A stretch of 64,000 nt of DNA from Rhizophagus irregularis (lineage: Eukaryota), in NCBI RefSeq assembly GCF_026210795.1, contig NC_089431.1, positions 1,798,001 to 1,862,000 of the forward strand, in the 5' to 3' direction. A program made the position numbers and the translations under genes. This document shows, in pieces, positions 13,920 through 24,672 of the stretch. How positions within the stretch are numbered: position 1 is the stretch's first letter; each line of letters starts with the position of its first letter. The notes below the pieces were generated by a model. The model had not been told where the DNA came from. It searched no databases and worked only from the letters and a program-made list of their open reading frames with translations.

Positions 13920-15506
13920 ATGTCGCAATTAAATACAGATATTCTTTATTTGATATTCAAAGAATTACAATATGATAAAAAGTCACTTGTTTCTTGCCTT
14001 AGAGTTAATAAAACTTGGTGTGAAATAATTATTCCAATTTTATGGAAAAATCCTTGGGATGGGAAGAAGAAATTATTATTAAACGTAATAATATCATATT
14101 TATCAGATGAAACAAGAAATGACTTAAATGAAAATTTTAGTTTTATTACAAATTCATATAAGAAACCTTTGTTTAATTATATTAGTTTTTGTAAACATCT
14201 AAATTTAAAAGTAATCAAAAAGATAATTGAAAAGATAACTATTCATCCTCATATTAAAGAAATTAAAAATGATATATTAAATCTTTTTATTAATAAAAAT
14301 ATGGAATATACACATCTTTATATACCCAAACATTTTGATTATCATTTCACTTCTGGAGCTGAATGTTGTATTTCAAAAATTAAATTTCTTAAGTGTAATG
14401 CTAAAGTAAATGATAATATTTTATCAATATTAACGAAATCATGTAAATTAATTAAAGAATTGGAACTTACTACTTATGAGTATAATTATAATTGTGGAAT
14501 TGCCAAGTTAATTGAAAATCAAAATAGGTTATTTAGTATTAATTTTTTAAATGATTTTTTTAATGATAAGTCATCTCGTAAGGTTATTGAAAATTCATTG
14601 GTCAAACATTCGAATACTATACAATATTTTAGCATGTGTGAACAACTTGAAACGAAAGTTTTTACATCTTTTGTAAATTTGAAAATGCTGGAATTGAAAG
14701 GTAATCGAACTGATAGTGAATTGAAATGGAATAATATAAGAGATTTATCTTTACTTTACTTACAAACTTTAAAAGTTCGTAATATTCCAATTAATTGTTT
14801 GACAAATTTAATTATAAGTTCCGGAAGACAACTTACTAAAATTTGTTATCATTATAAAGATGTTTTTAGTAATAAATTACTTATTAGGGCTATTTATCAA
14901 AATTGTCCAAATCTTATTTATCTTGAATTATTATATAGGAATAAAATTATATTAGATTTAGAAAAATTATTGATTAATTGTCGATATTTAAAAAGAATAG
15001 ATTTCAATATTTATCATTATAAAGAATTAAGAGGTTATTTATATGTTAGATGGCATCAATTATTCTGTACGTTAGCTGTATCATCACCACCTAGTTTATT
15101 TGAATTTGTTTTTAAATATACTGATGAAAATCCTGAATTCATATGTTTAAAATACCTTTTTGATAGTTGGAAAGGTAGACATCCTATTTCTTTAAAATTT
15201 AAAAAAGAAAGAGATTATTATTATGATAGTAACCAATATGTTAGTTTAATTGAATTTATAGAATCGTATAAAGAAAAGGGAATAATTGAAAAGTTCGTCC
15301 ATTATCATGATGATGAAGACTTAAATTTATTAGAAATACATAAAGCAAAAAGAGTCGTTAATAATCCTGAGACTGTCGAGACCAAAACAACTAGTATCTG
15401 GAATAAATTTAAAGAGGAATTTAATAAATATCTGGGGTACAGTCCTGGAAATAAGTATCCGACCCCTCCCCGCGAGTATATAGTAAAGGAAGAAAGAAAG
15501 AAGTGA
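13920..15506 (+). CDS. F-box-like N-terminus + degenerate LRR/RNI-like region (Glomeromycotina-expanded family), 528 aa
   Basis: LNTDILYLIFKEL..KSLVSCLRVNKTWCEIIIPILWKNPW F-box-like motif; LxxLxL repeats; open single-exon ORF. Confidence 0.8.
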   Translation: MSQLNTDILYLIFKELQYDKKSLVSCLRVNKTWCEIIIPILWKNPWDGKKKLLLNVIISYLSDETRNDLNENFSFITNSYKKPLFNYISFCKHLNLKVIKKIIEKITIHPHIKEIKNDILNLFINKNMEYTHLYIPKHFDYHFTSGAECCISKIKFLKCNAKVNDNILSILTKSCKLIKELELTTYEYNYNCGIAKLIENQNRLFSINFLNDFFNDKSSRKVIENSLVKHSNTIQYFSMCEQLETKVFTSFVNLKMLELKGNRTDSELKWNNIRDLSLLYLQTLKVRNIPINCLTNLIISSGRQLTKICYHYKDVFSNKLLIRAIYQNCPNLIYLELLYRNKIILDLEKLLINCRYLKRIDFNIYHYKELRGYLYVRWHQLFCTLAVSSPPSLFEFVFKYTDENPEFICLKYLFDSWKGRHPISLKFKKERDYYYDSNQYVSLIEFIESYKEKGIIEKFVHYHDDEDLNLLEIHKAKRVVNNPETVETKTTSIWNKFKEEFNKYLGYSPGNKYPTPPREYIVKEERKK

Positions 15507-16016
15507 AATTGAAGATCCTTATATGAAGAATTTATGTAAAAATATGTTAAAAAGAAAAGGAAATTTATAGAGTGATTTAAAAAAAAGTATCGAATGAATA
15601 TTATGAAATATTAGCGAATGGATTTATTTAAGGAAACATATGATAATTATGATATGGAAGAGAAAATTAGCAGAGCGTTATAAGAGAGATAAAATTATTT
15701 TACCCCCTTTTTATTTTTTGGTAATAAATAATCAGTCGGCATTTTTTTAACTTTTATCCCATCCCTTGGGCAGTAATTATTTTTCCGTTATCACGCTCAA
15801 CTTGAAAAACATTGTTCCTTAACCGCCGCCTATATCCTGGGATTGAAATAAATTTTATAAATCCCTTCGTACGTACTAGTATAATTTTTTTTAAACGTAC
15901 GTACTATCAAAATATAAGGCGTCCAAGTCGTCCAACGGTGTATCTGAATGTTTTTGTTAGTATGTACTACTTTGACTGCTAAATATAGAAAAATTGTACA
16001 AAAAAATCATACATAC

Positions 16017-16197
16017 CCCTGTAAAAAAAGTCGATCCGTTTTTTATATTCCATCTTTTTTTCCCGTAAAAGGCTCATATTTCCAGAATTAATAACCTTAT
16101 ATGAGTTATATCACGGAATTTATCGAATTATTTACATTTTCCGTGAATGGATCCGTGAAAGGCTCATTTTTACGGAGTTTTTAAATTTTTTATAGGG
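16017..16197 (+). mobile_element. MITE family A copy, TSD TAC
   Basis: CCCTGTAAAAAAAG...TTTTTATAGGG flanked by TAC on both sides. Confidence 0.92.
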
Positions 16198-17007
16198 TAC
16201 GTATATAAATCATACTTTTTTATCAGCCTCGCCATACACTTTTTCAATCCCTTGAAGTCGCGCTCGTTCCTTCTTTAAAATATGAAAATAAAAATATAAA
16301 TAAATATTTTTTATTTGTTATAATAGCATGTCATTATTTATGTGCATTTATCTTTAAATAAATAAATTATAAACATAATCATATTTAAGCTTATTGCAAA
16401 AATGTATTCATGTTCTTTATTAAATTTTAAATCTTTTAAATTTTTTTTTTAATTTTCTTGCAAAACTTAAGTAAAAAAAAAATTGAAGCTACAAAATACT
16501 AAATTACTTATAAAAAAATTATATAGGATTTCTTGCCTACATTATAATCCTAATTCCTTTTTCTTTGCTAAATTAGCCAATTTTAAAGCTTCGATAATTT
16601 CTTTTACATCCAAGAGAACTATTTCCATTTTAGTAATTATTTAATATTTTAATTGATGTAATTAACGTGAAATTTATTTATATTTATGTAATAAAATATT
16701 CATGAAAGGAATTTTTTTTAAAAAAAAAATAATAAATCTCGAATTGATAAAGGGAAACATAATTATATTTTTCGTATGTAATTGTAAAAAATTTAAATCA
16801 TATACATACTGTTATATATTGTGATAATTGTGATAAGTATATACAGTATGTACCATAAAAAATCATACATACAAAGTAAAAATCCACAAGATTTTTTTCG
16901 CACTTTGATCTTTTCTGGAGACGGAATCAACTATTGGTCTTATCTTTCCAATCAATAAGTGAAACAATGGCAATGCACCTGAAAATCATATAAAAATAGG
17001 ATTGTGA

Positions 17008-18542
17008 CCCTATAAAAAAATTGGATACGTTTTTTATAAAGTTTTTATACGATTTTTTTTCCTTAGAAATAACGTATCATAATAGGATACGGAAAAATGC
17101 ACAATTCCGTATCACTAAAAATATGGTTTGGATACGGAATTTGCACGGGATTTATATGGAATTTACATGATTTGATCATTGATTTTATCACGAAATTTAT
17201 ACGATTTGGTCACTGAATTTACTATTTGTATTACAGTTTACTATAATTGTATTTATATAAATCTAATTTTACTTTATTAAATTAAATAAAAAATAAAAAA
17301 TAAACAAAGTACAAATACATTATGAAAATTCCCTCCTTATTAAAACCACCTATTGCAACCAAAATTATCTATAAGTTCAGGTTCATTTGGAGTCAAACAA
17401 CCTAAAAGAACAAAAAAAAAAGATTGGAAACAAAACCCCCTCATATAGTATCTGCAATCGTCCAAGTCACCAAAGGTCAGCATTCCTACAAAAAAAGAAA
17501 GAGAACTCCAGAATGTCTGACCTACATAAAAGAAAAGAATTATGAGGCGTCTAATGAAAAAGAAACCAAAACAACAAAATAAAATCCAAAACTGACCTAC
17601 AAAAAAAGAAGACTCTGAAGCAACAAAACTGAAACAACCTACAAAAAGAAAAGAATCTAAACCCAACTTACAAAAAAACAAGAAAATTTGAACTGACCTA
17701 AAAAAAGAAAAAAATCCTGAATCATCCTACAAAAAGAAAAGGACTCCCAAAATGATCTACAAAATAGAAAAAAGAAACTGAATATTCTCACAAAAAAAAA
17801 TCTGCTGGCCTATGAAATTAAATATAAATAAAAAAGAAAGGGGAATAAAGAATAAACCAAAAAAAAATTTAAAAAGAGGGGTAACGAAGTTAGGAAAGTT
17901 AAAAAAAAAATTTTTTTTAAAGGGAGGACGTCAAAGTTAGAAAAATAAAAAATTTTTTATAAAGAGGAAATAGAAATAGAAAGAAGAAATTTTTTTAAAA
18001 AAAAAGAAGAGTGGGAATAAAAGAAAAATTTTTTTTTTAAGGAAGTGACGAAAAAAATTTTTTTTTCAAAGGAGTGACGAAAAAAAAAATTTTTTAAAGT
18101 GAGGTACGAAAAAAAGAATTATTTTTAAAAGGGGGTGACGAAGAAAAAAGAAAAATTTAGAAAAAATAACAAAAATAAGACAAGAGAAAGAGAAAGGAAA
18201 GGAAAGACAGAAAGGAAAGATCGGAAGATCAAACTCATCAAAAGTAAAGTTTATATAAAAAACAAAAAACGTATCATAACAAAACAATAAACAATCATGT
18301 GATCTCGTGTTATGATACGGGATTTTTGTAAATTATCTTCTAAAAATATTAAGTTTAAAAATTCCGTATACATTCCGCATGATTAATTTTTTCCGTATAC
18401 ATTTCTTATACATTAGTTTTTTAAAAAAATGTTCAAAAATGAATTGCTTATTAAATATACGGAATTTGTATACGGAATCTATAGAAACGTACAAAAAATT
18501 TATACAAAACGTATCCTTTCCGTATACATATTTCTTATAGGG
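17008..18542. mobile_element. 1.5-kb non-autonomous CACTA-type element, TSD TGA
   Basis: CCCTATAA...TTATAGGG termini; TGA on both sides; subterminal ATACGG/CCGTAT motifs at both ends. Confidence 0.88.
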
Positions 18543-18593
18543 TGAGCGAAATTCTTTTCCAATTTCTTTACTCTCCATCCTGACATCAGTAGG

Positions 18594-18736
18594 CGTAACC
18601 ATGCGATGAGGTGTAAACTTACGTAAATTTGTGTAAATATGCGTAAGCTTGTGTAAATTTTTGTAAATTTCTTATGAAAATTTACATGAACTTGTTGTAA
18701 ACTTACAAAGGATTACAACCCCATCGCGGGACTACG
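18594..18736. mobile_element. Small degenerate foldback/MITE with internal GTAAA(T/C)TT repeats
   Basis: Imperfect IR: CGTAACCATGCGATGAGGTGTAA versus TTACAACCCCATCGCGGGACTACG. Confidence 0.45.
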
Positions 18737-20349
18737 AATTCTTACATCTAAGATAATTCAGGATATGTGCGAATAAGTTACAAATCAAAAATTTTGAAAG
18801 ATTGGGAAGGTTTATTTGTTGAAAAAAAAACAAAAATAAAAAGACTTTTGTGGAGATATATCGATTTTATATTTATATTTTATCGGCGGGAAGCAAATTT
18901 TGAAATGAAATTTGGCCCATCAAAAACATTAGTCGGTGAAAAAGTTTAATATATATAGCCAATATAGGACAATGCATTGCTTGAAGAAGCTTGATATGCT
19001 TGATGAAAGTAAAAAGAGAAGAAAAGAAATTTGTAAAATTAAGTAACCAAAAATGTCAAATCTAAGTGGTTATAAAAAAAGAATTATAAATAGTACTTTT
19101 ATTTCTAACTTAGACAACGCACGATAAAAGCCTTAATTCGCCAATAAAATTACATTCCGTAATCACGTGATAAATCTTTTTTATAAACTTTTTTATTGGA
19201 ATTTTTGGAATTTGACTAAACTTAATATTCCTAAACTAATTAACTACTTGGTGATTTTGCGCTTTACTATTTGCTTGCACACTTCTCTAATTTTTCATTA
19301 ATGGAATCTTTATATATATCGGTAACGAAATATTTGGAGACAATCAACTGAAAGTTCACGATAGTCTTCCAATATGTTTGATAATAAATTTTAATGTTGT
19401 TATTATAACTACTATATTTATTACGTTATTACATTATTTCCATATTGCATTGCAGTCTCCCATGTTCTACATCTTAATCTTATCTTTTCCTTTCCACTTA
19501 GTCTCGTATGACTCGTGTATAACCACATCTTGATAAAATTCATCAATATTCATATTTTCCTCAACTGGAATTCCTTCCCAACCAAAAACTGATTTGGAAT
19601 GATATTCCACATAAACTGTTTTGCTGCAAATGCGAGGACGATTATTTCTTTAAAAAAAAAAAAGCTTTAACGGCGACTAAATAATGATTTAAAATGAATA
19701 ATAATAATTTAAATTCTAAATACACAAACCTTTTTAAAACAGATAAATTGGACTGATCTAGTAATTTTACCATCTAAACTAACTATGATAAATCCTTTTG
19801 CTGCTTTGTTGGGCTTCGACCGGGAGAATAATTTCCTCTCTTACTTGCAACGACAAAAAGAAGAATTTATATAGATGATAAGAGATTAATAGAGCTTTTC
19901 ACCGAATTTATGACCTATGGATAATATAGGATACCCGTTTGAAAATTTTGAGATCCGGATATCCTATTAAATATAATAATTCTAGGAGGATATACGATTA
20001 TTTGTGCGACAGCGACGTTAAATTAAATAAAGGTGATTTAAATAATTTTTATCTTTTTTCATACTTTGTTTAATTTCAAGAGTTAAAAATGAATTTATAA
20101 CGTGAACGTGAAAAATTATGAATCCTTACAATAATCATGTAAAGATGGGTTGGATATATTTATATGCCCTATGAAAAAAGCCTGTGTGATTTTTGTTGAA
20201 AAAACATCCAATTAAATTCACTATGATTTCTGTATATTTGACCATACAATAATTGTGCTAAAAATTGCAATAAATCACACAATAGTTGTATGGCAATCAT
20301 ACAATAATCATCCAATTTATGACCTGATTTTATATAATTATTGTCTAAT

Positions 20350-20560
20350 TTTTGAGCCAAATTTTGGGCCGAATTTTAGGAATTATTCTGGGCCGAATTT
20401 AGAAATTATTGTGAGCCGAATTTTAGGAATTATTAGGAATTATTATGGCCGAATTTAGGAATTATTGTGGGCCGAATTATTAAGAATTATTATGGCAAAT
20501 TTAGGAATTATTGTAAGCCGAATTTAGGAATTATTGTGGGCCGAATTTTAGGAATTATGA
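20350..20560. repeat. Left subterminal tandem array (GCCGAATTT(T)AGGAATTATT, ~20-bp unit, ~9 copies)
   Basis: Read directly from the sequence. Confidence 0.85.
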
Positions 20561-21912
20561 TTACAGTAAGTTAAAATTTGGTCAGTAACGATTAACGACA
20601 AGCAAATTTATAAAGTGAAATTATGGATTTTTATTAATTTAATATACAAAATAAAACACTATATTTGATATGAATTATAAATGTAGAAAACTATAAAAAA
20701 ATATAAATATATATATATAATAATTCATAAATAATATACTATCGCTGTATTAGATATAAACTATAAATTAAAACTATAAATGTATAAAGAAAATAAAATC
20801 AAATATTAAAGAAAGTAAAGTAAATTATTGGTATAAGTAAATTATTAATATTAAAAATAAAAAAGTATGAAGTTAGTAAAGAAAGCAAAATTAGAATTAG
20901 TAAGTAGTATGGAAAGTAAATTGTTAGCATTTGTTAGCGTTAGTAATAATAAAAAAAAGAAAGTAAAATAAATTATTGTAAGTAAATTATTAATATTAAA
21001 AATAAAAAAGTATGAAGTTAATAAAGAAAGCAAATTAGTAAGTAGTATGGAAAGTAATTGTTAGCGTTTGTTAGCGTTAGTAATAATAAAAAAAAGTATA
21101 AAGTTAGTGAAAAAAGCAAGTTAGTAATTGAAATGTAAAAAAGTTAGAAAATAAATAAAAGGATAAAAAAATAAATTTTCTTACCGAAAAGAAAGTTTGA
21201 AGAAAAAAAGTTTGAAGAAAAGAAAGTTTGAAGAAAAGAAAGTTTGAAGAAAAAAAGTTTGAAGAAAAAAAAGGTTAAAAAAAATAAACAAATATTTTCT
21301 GCGTAGTGAAAAAAGTAAGTTAGTAATGTAAAAAAGTTAAAAAATAAATTCTGCGTAGTGAAAAAAGTAAGTTAGTAATGTAAAAAAGTTAAAAAATAAA
21401 TAAACGAAAAGAAAAGTTTGAAGAAAAAAGAAAAAAAGTTTGAAGAAATAAAAAAATAAACAAATATTTTCTGCGTTATATTTATTATTTATTTTGATGA
21501 TCAGATCACGTGGTATAATATAATTTAATTTTAATTGGACGATCAGATCACGTGTATTATATACATAATTTTAATTGGACAATTTCTTTTATTTTCCAAA
21601 CTAACCGGATAAGTAGTGACACAAAATTTTAACTAACGAAAAATGAACTTTTAAACTTTAATTTTGTATTAGTTACAAAATTTCATTACAAAAGCAATAC
21701 GACAACACAAAAATTTACTTTATTTAAAATATATATGCATATTATGTATGTTATCTCTAATTTATGAAATAAAATAAAATATTAGTATTTGTAACTAATT
21801 AATTTCAAATTAAATAACTTACTTTATTATTTTCGTTATAATCTAAAATAAAAATAAAAATTAATTGATTATTATAAAAAATTTTTTGTAATATAAAATG
21901 AAAAAATAAATA

Positions 21913-23062
21913 TTAATTATTACCTTTTCGCGGTTGATTGGAAATCCGCCCAGATTTTTTTCTTTCATTTTTTTTCTTCCCGCTCTTTTCGCTGGCATTT
22001 GTATTGCCAACGTCTGTACTATTATCATTTTTTTTTTTTTCCGCTCTTTCCGCTGACATTTGTATTGGTATTGTCAACGTCTGTATTATTATCATTTTTT
22101 TTCTTTCTGCTCTTTCCGCTGACATTTGTATTGGTATCGTCAACGTCTGTATTATTATCGTTATTATCAGACTTCAAGAAAAGTTTAAAAGAGATATAAC
22201 TGAAGTTAAAAATATGTTTTTAACAAAATGCTTATACTATATATATTATACCTTATCTGATAAATCATCTGCAGTTCCACTACTACTAATGACCACTTTG
22301 TTTTTAATTTTATCTCTAGTGATCACCGATTTATTCTTTTTTAAAATAACTTCCGTTTCCTTCTTCTTTAGTTTTTTTTGGTGGGCACCTTTTATAAAAT
22401 TCAAAAATTAATACGTATTTATTTTTATAAATAAATATAATTCAAAAGATGAAATTATTATTTACGTTTATTGTTCATCGAGCGGCGAAATAATTCTTTG
22501 ATAGCCCAATCTCCTGTTGTTTTGGGAAAATGACTATTATTCCCTTTGAACTGAAAAAAAAATTTTGTTAAATGTATTATAAATGTATTGATTTAAAGTA
22601 TGATTAATTTACAATATACTTACCTTCTCGATAATTTTTAATATTGCTCTCCTCTCCTGCTTTTCCCAGGACGTTTCAACATCGATATACGCTTCAATTA
22701 GGTCACGTATACTTGACTAGTAAAATATATAAAAGTTAAATCCTAAAATGATAATACATGAATTATATCAACAATTACATATTTATATATTACAAACTTT
22801 GTAACCATTAAATTCCTCATTAGTCAGGTTTAAAATTTTTGCAATATTAATGTAAGCACCGGTTGGTTTGGAAATTGATACAGTTTCATCCACCACTTTT
22901 TCTAGAATTCTCTATATTTATAATTAAAACTTAATGTTAAAAAGAGATCAAACTGCAATATAAATGCTAAAATTAACTTACATTTTGTTGAACAGGAAGA
23001 TCTGACGATTTTTTTGATTGATTAAGAACGGTTATTTTATTTAATTTTTTGTTAGTAGCCAT
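21913..23062 (-). CDS. Transposon passenger gene A: uncharacterised helical domain + Lys/Asp/Asn-rich repetitive tail (apparent +1 frameshift in the poly-T at 22028-22040)
   Basis: In-phase GT-AG exons 23062-22982, 22911-22798, 22716-22624, 22550-22466, 22388-22252, 22171-~21923 give MATNKK...SIRDLIEAYIDVETSWEKQERRAILKIIEKFKGNNSHFPKTTGDWAIKELFRRSMNNKRAHQKK...; 3' end uncertain. Confidence 0.7.
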
Positions 23063-23544
23063 AACAAAAAAATCCAAATGTAATGAAGAGAAATTCAGAT
23101 AGAACGAAGAAAACGAAGAAAAAAAGAATGAATTAAATTTCTCTGAATTTATATTAACTTGACGAGGTTTTTTTTTTAAAAAAAAAGGTAGAAACATTAG
23201 CGATTTTTCCTAAAAAGGAAAGATAAACGAATAATTTTTTTTTTAAAAAAAAAGGCAGAAACATCATCGACATTTCTTAAAAAAGAAAAATACAACAATC
23301 AAATTTTTTTTCTAAAAAAAATTGATAGCGATATTGTGTACAAAAAAGGAATATAAAAGGGTTTTTATAACATCTATTTTTAGCTATTTCAACAGTTACG
23401 GTAGAGTTTTTTAAATAAAGAATAATAAAATGAATAAACGATACAAATTATTATAACAAATTATTATAATCGTGCGTGACTTAATAAAAATATGAAGATT
23501 TCACACTAGATTTAGTATTAATATTTTTTGGGAAGTTGTTTCCT

Positions 23545-23576
<32 letters not shown>

Positions 23577-23897
23577 GTAGAAACATTATCGATTTTCTTA
23601 AGATTTTTTAAAAAAAATTGACAATATTTGACAGCAATATTGTATACAAAAAAGGAATACAAAAGTGACAATATTTGACAGTAATATTGTATACAAAAAA
23701 AAAATACAAAAAGGGGTTTTTCATCATAAGACTTCAACCGAAGACCAAAGTTTCTTAAAGCGATCTTTTTTTTTTTAAAAAAAAAGAACAATCTTTTTTT
23801 TAAAAAATGACAGCATTCGAAGTACAAAAAAGGAATACAAAGGAGGTTTTCATATCTATTTTAAAATTACACAGCCATTTTATCATAAGATTTTAAC

Positions 23898-24099
23898 CCC
23901 TATAAAAAATTTTTATCCGAATTTTTCCATTATTTCTCCGTGTCTTTCATGTCTTCCGTAAAAATTCCGTGAAAATGATACATTCACGGATATCGAGATG
24001 AAAATTTCCATGATTTAAAGCTATTATTAATTCTATTAAAATGATACATTCATAAAAAAAAACATGGAAAGATAAAATACGGATCATATTTTTACAGGA
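23898..24099 (-). mobile_element. Diverged family-A-related MITE nested inside the large CACTA element
   Basis: CCCTATAAAAAATTTTTATCCG...CATTCACGGA...TTTTTACAGG resembles the reverse complement of family A. Confidence 0.65.
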
Positions 24100-24672
24100 A
24101 TGTAATACTTATTTAAAATAATAGTTATTTAATTTGATGAATAATTGTTGACGTAAAAATATATTTTTTTTGACGACAAAAAAATAGTAATAGTATTACT
24201 GTAGATTAAGTGTTAGATCCTCGAACGAGGATAATTTTTTTTAAGATGATTAATCCGTCATTAATCGCAACGAAATAAATGGGTGTGTAATACTGGTGTA
24301 AAGATGTATGTAAAGAGATATGTATAATGCTTTTTTTTAAAAAAAAAAATAGGCAGAAACATTATCAATTGTTCTTAAAAAAAAAAATCTTTTTTTTTAA
24401 TACAATATTCGAAGTACAAAAAAGGAATACAAAAGGAGTTTTCATCTATTTTTAAATTACACAGCCATCTTAAAACGACAGGAATATTTGTGTACAAATT
24501 ATTCCGAATAAAGATAAATCAAAATTTTTTAGCTTATAAAATCTGAAACATAAATTTTATGCAGTGTGAAAAAAAAAAAGTATTTTAGTTTTTAATTTTT
24601 ATAAATCTTGTATAGTGTAAAAAAAAAGTGTTTATTTTTTATAAATTGTGAAAAAAAAGTATTGGAAAAAAA

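Noticed and set aside
17395..17815. CRISPR-like repeat-spacer array
   Set aside because: Eukaryotic context, repeats are short and degenerate, no cas genes
19250..19900. Minus-strand exon-like remnant
   Set aside because: Stops present and no recognisable family
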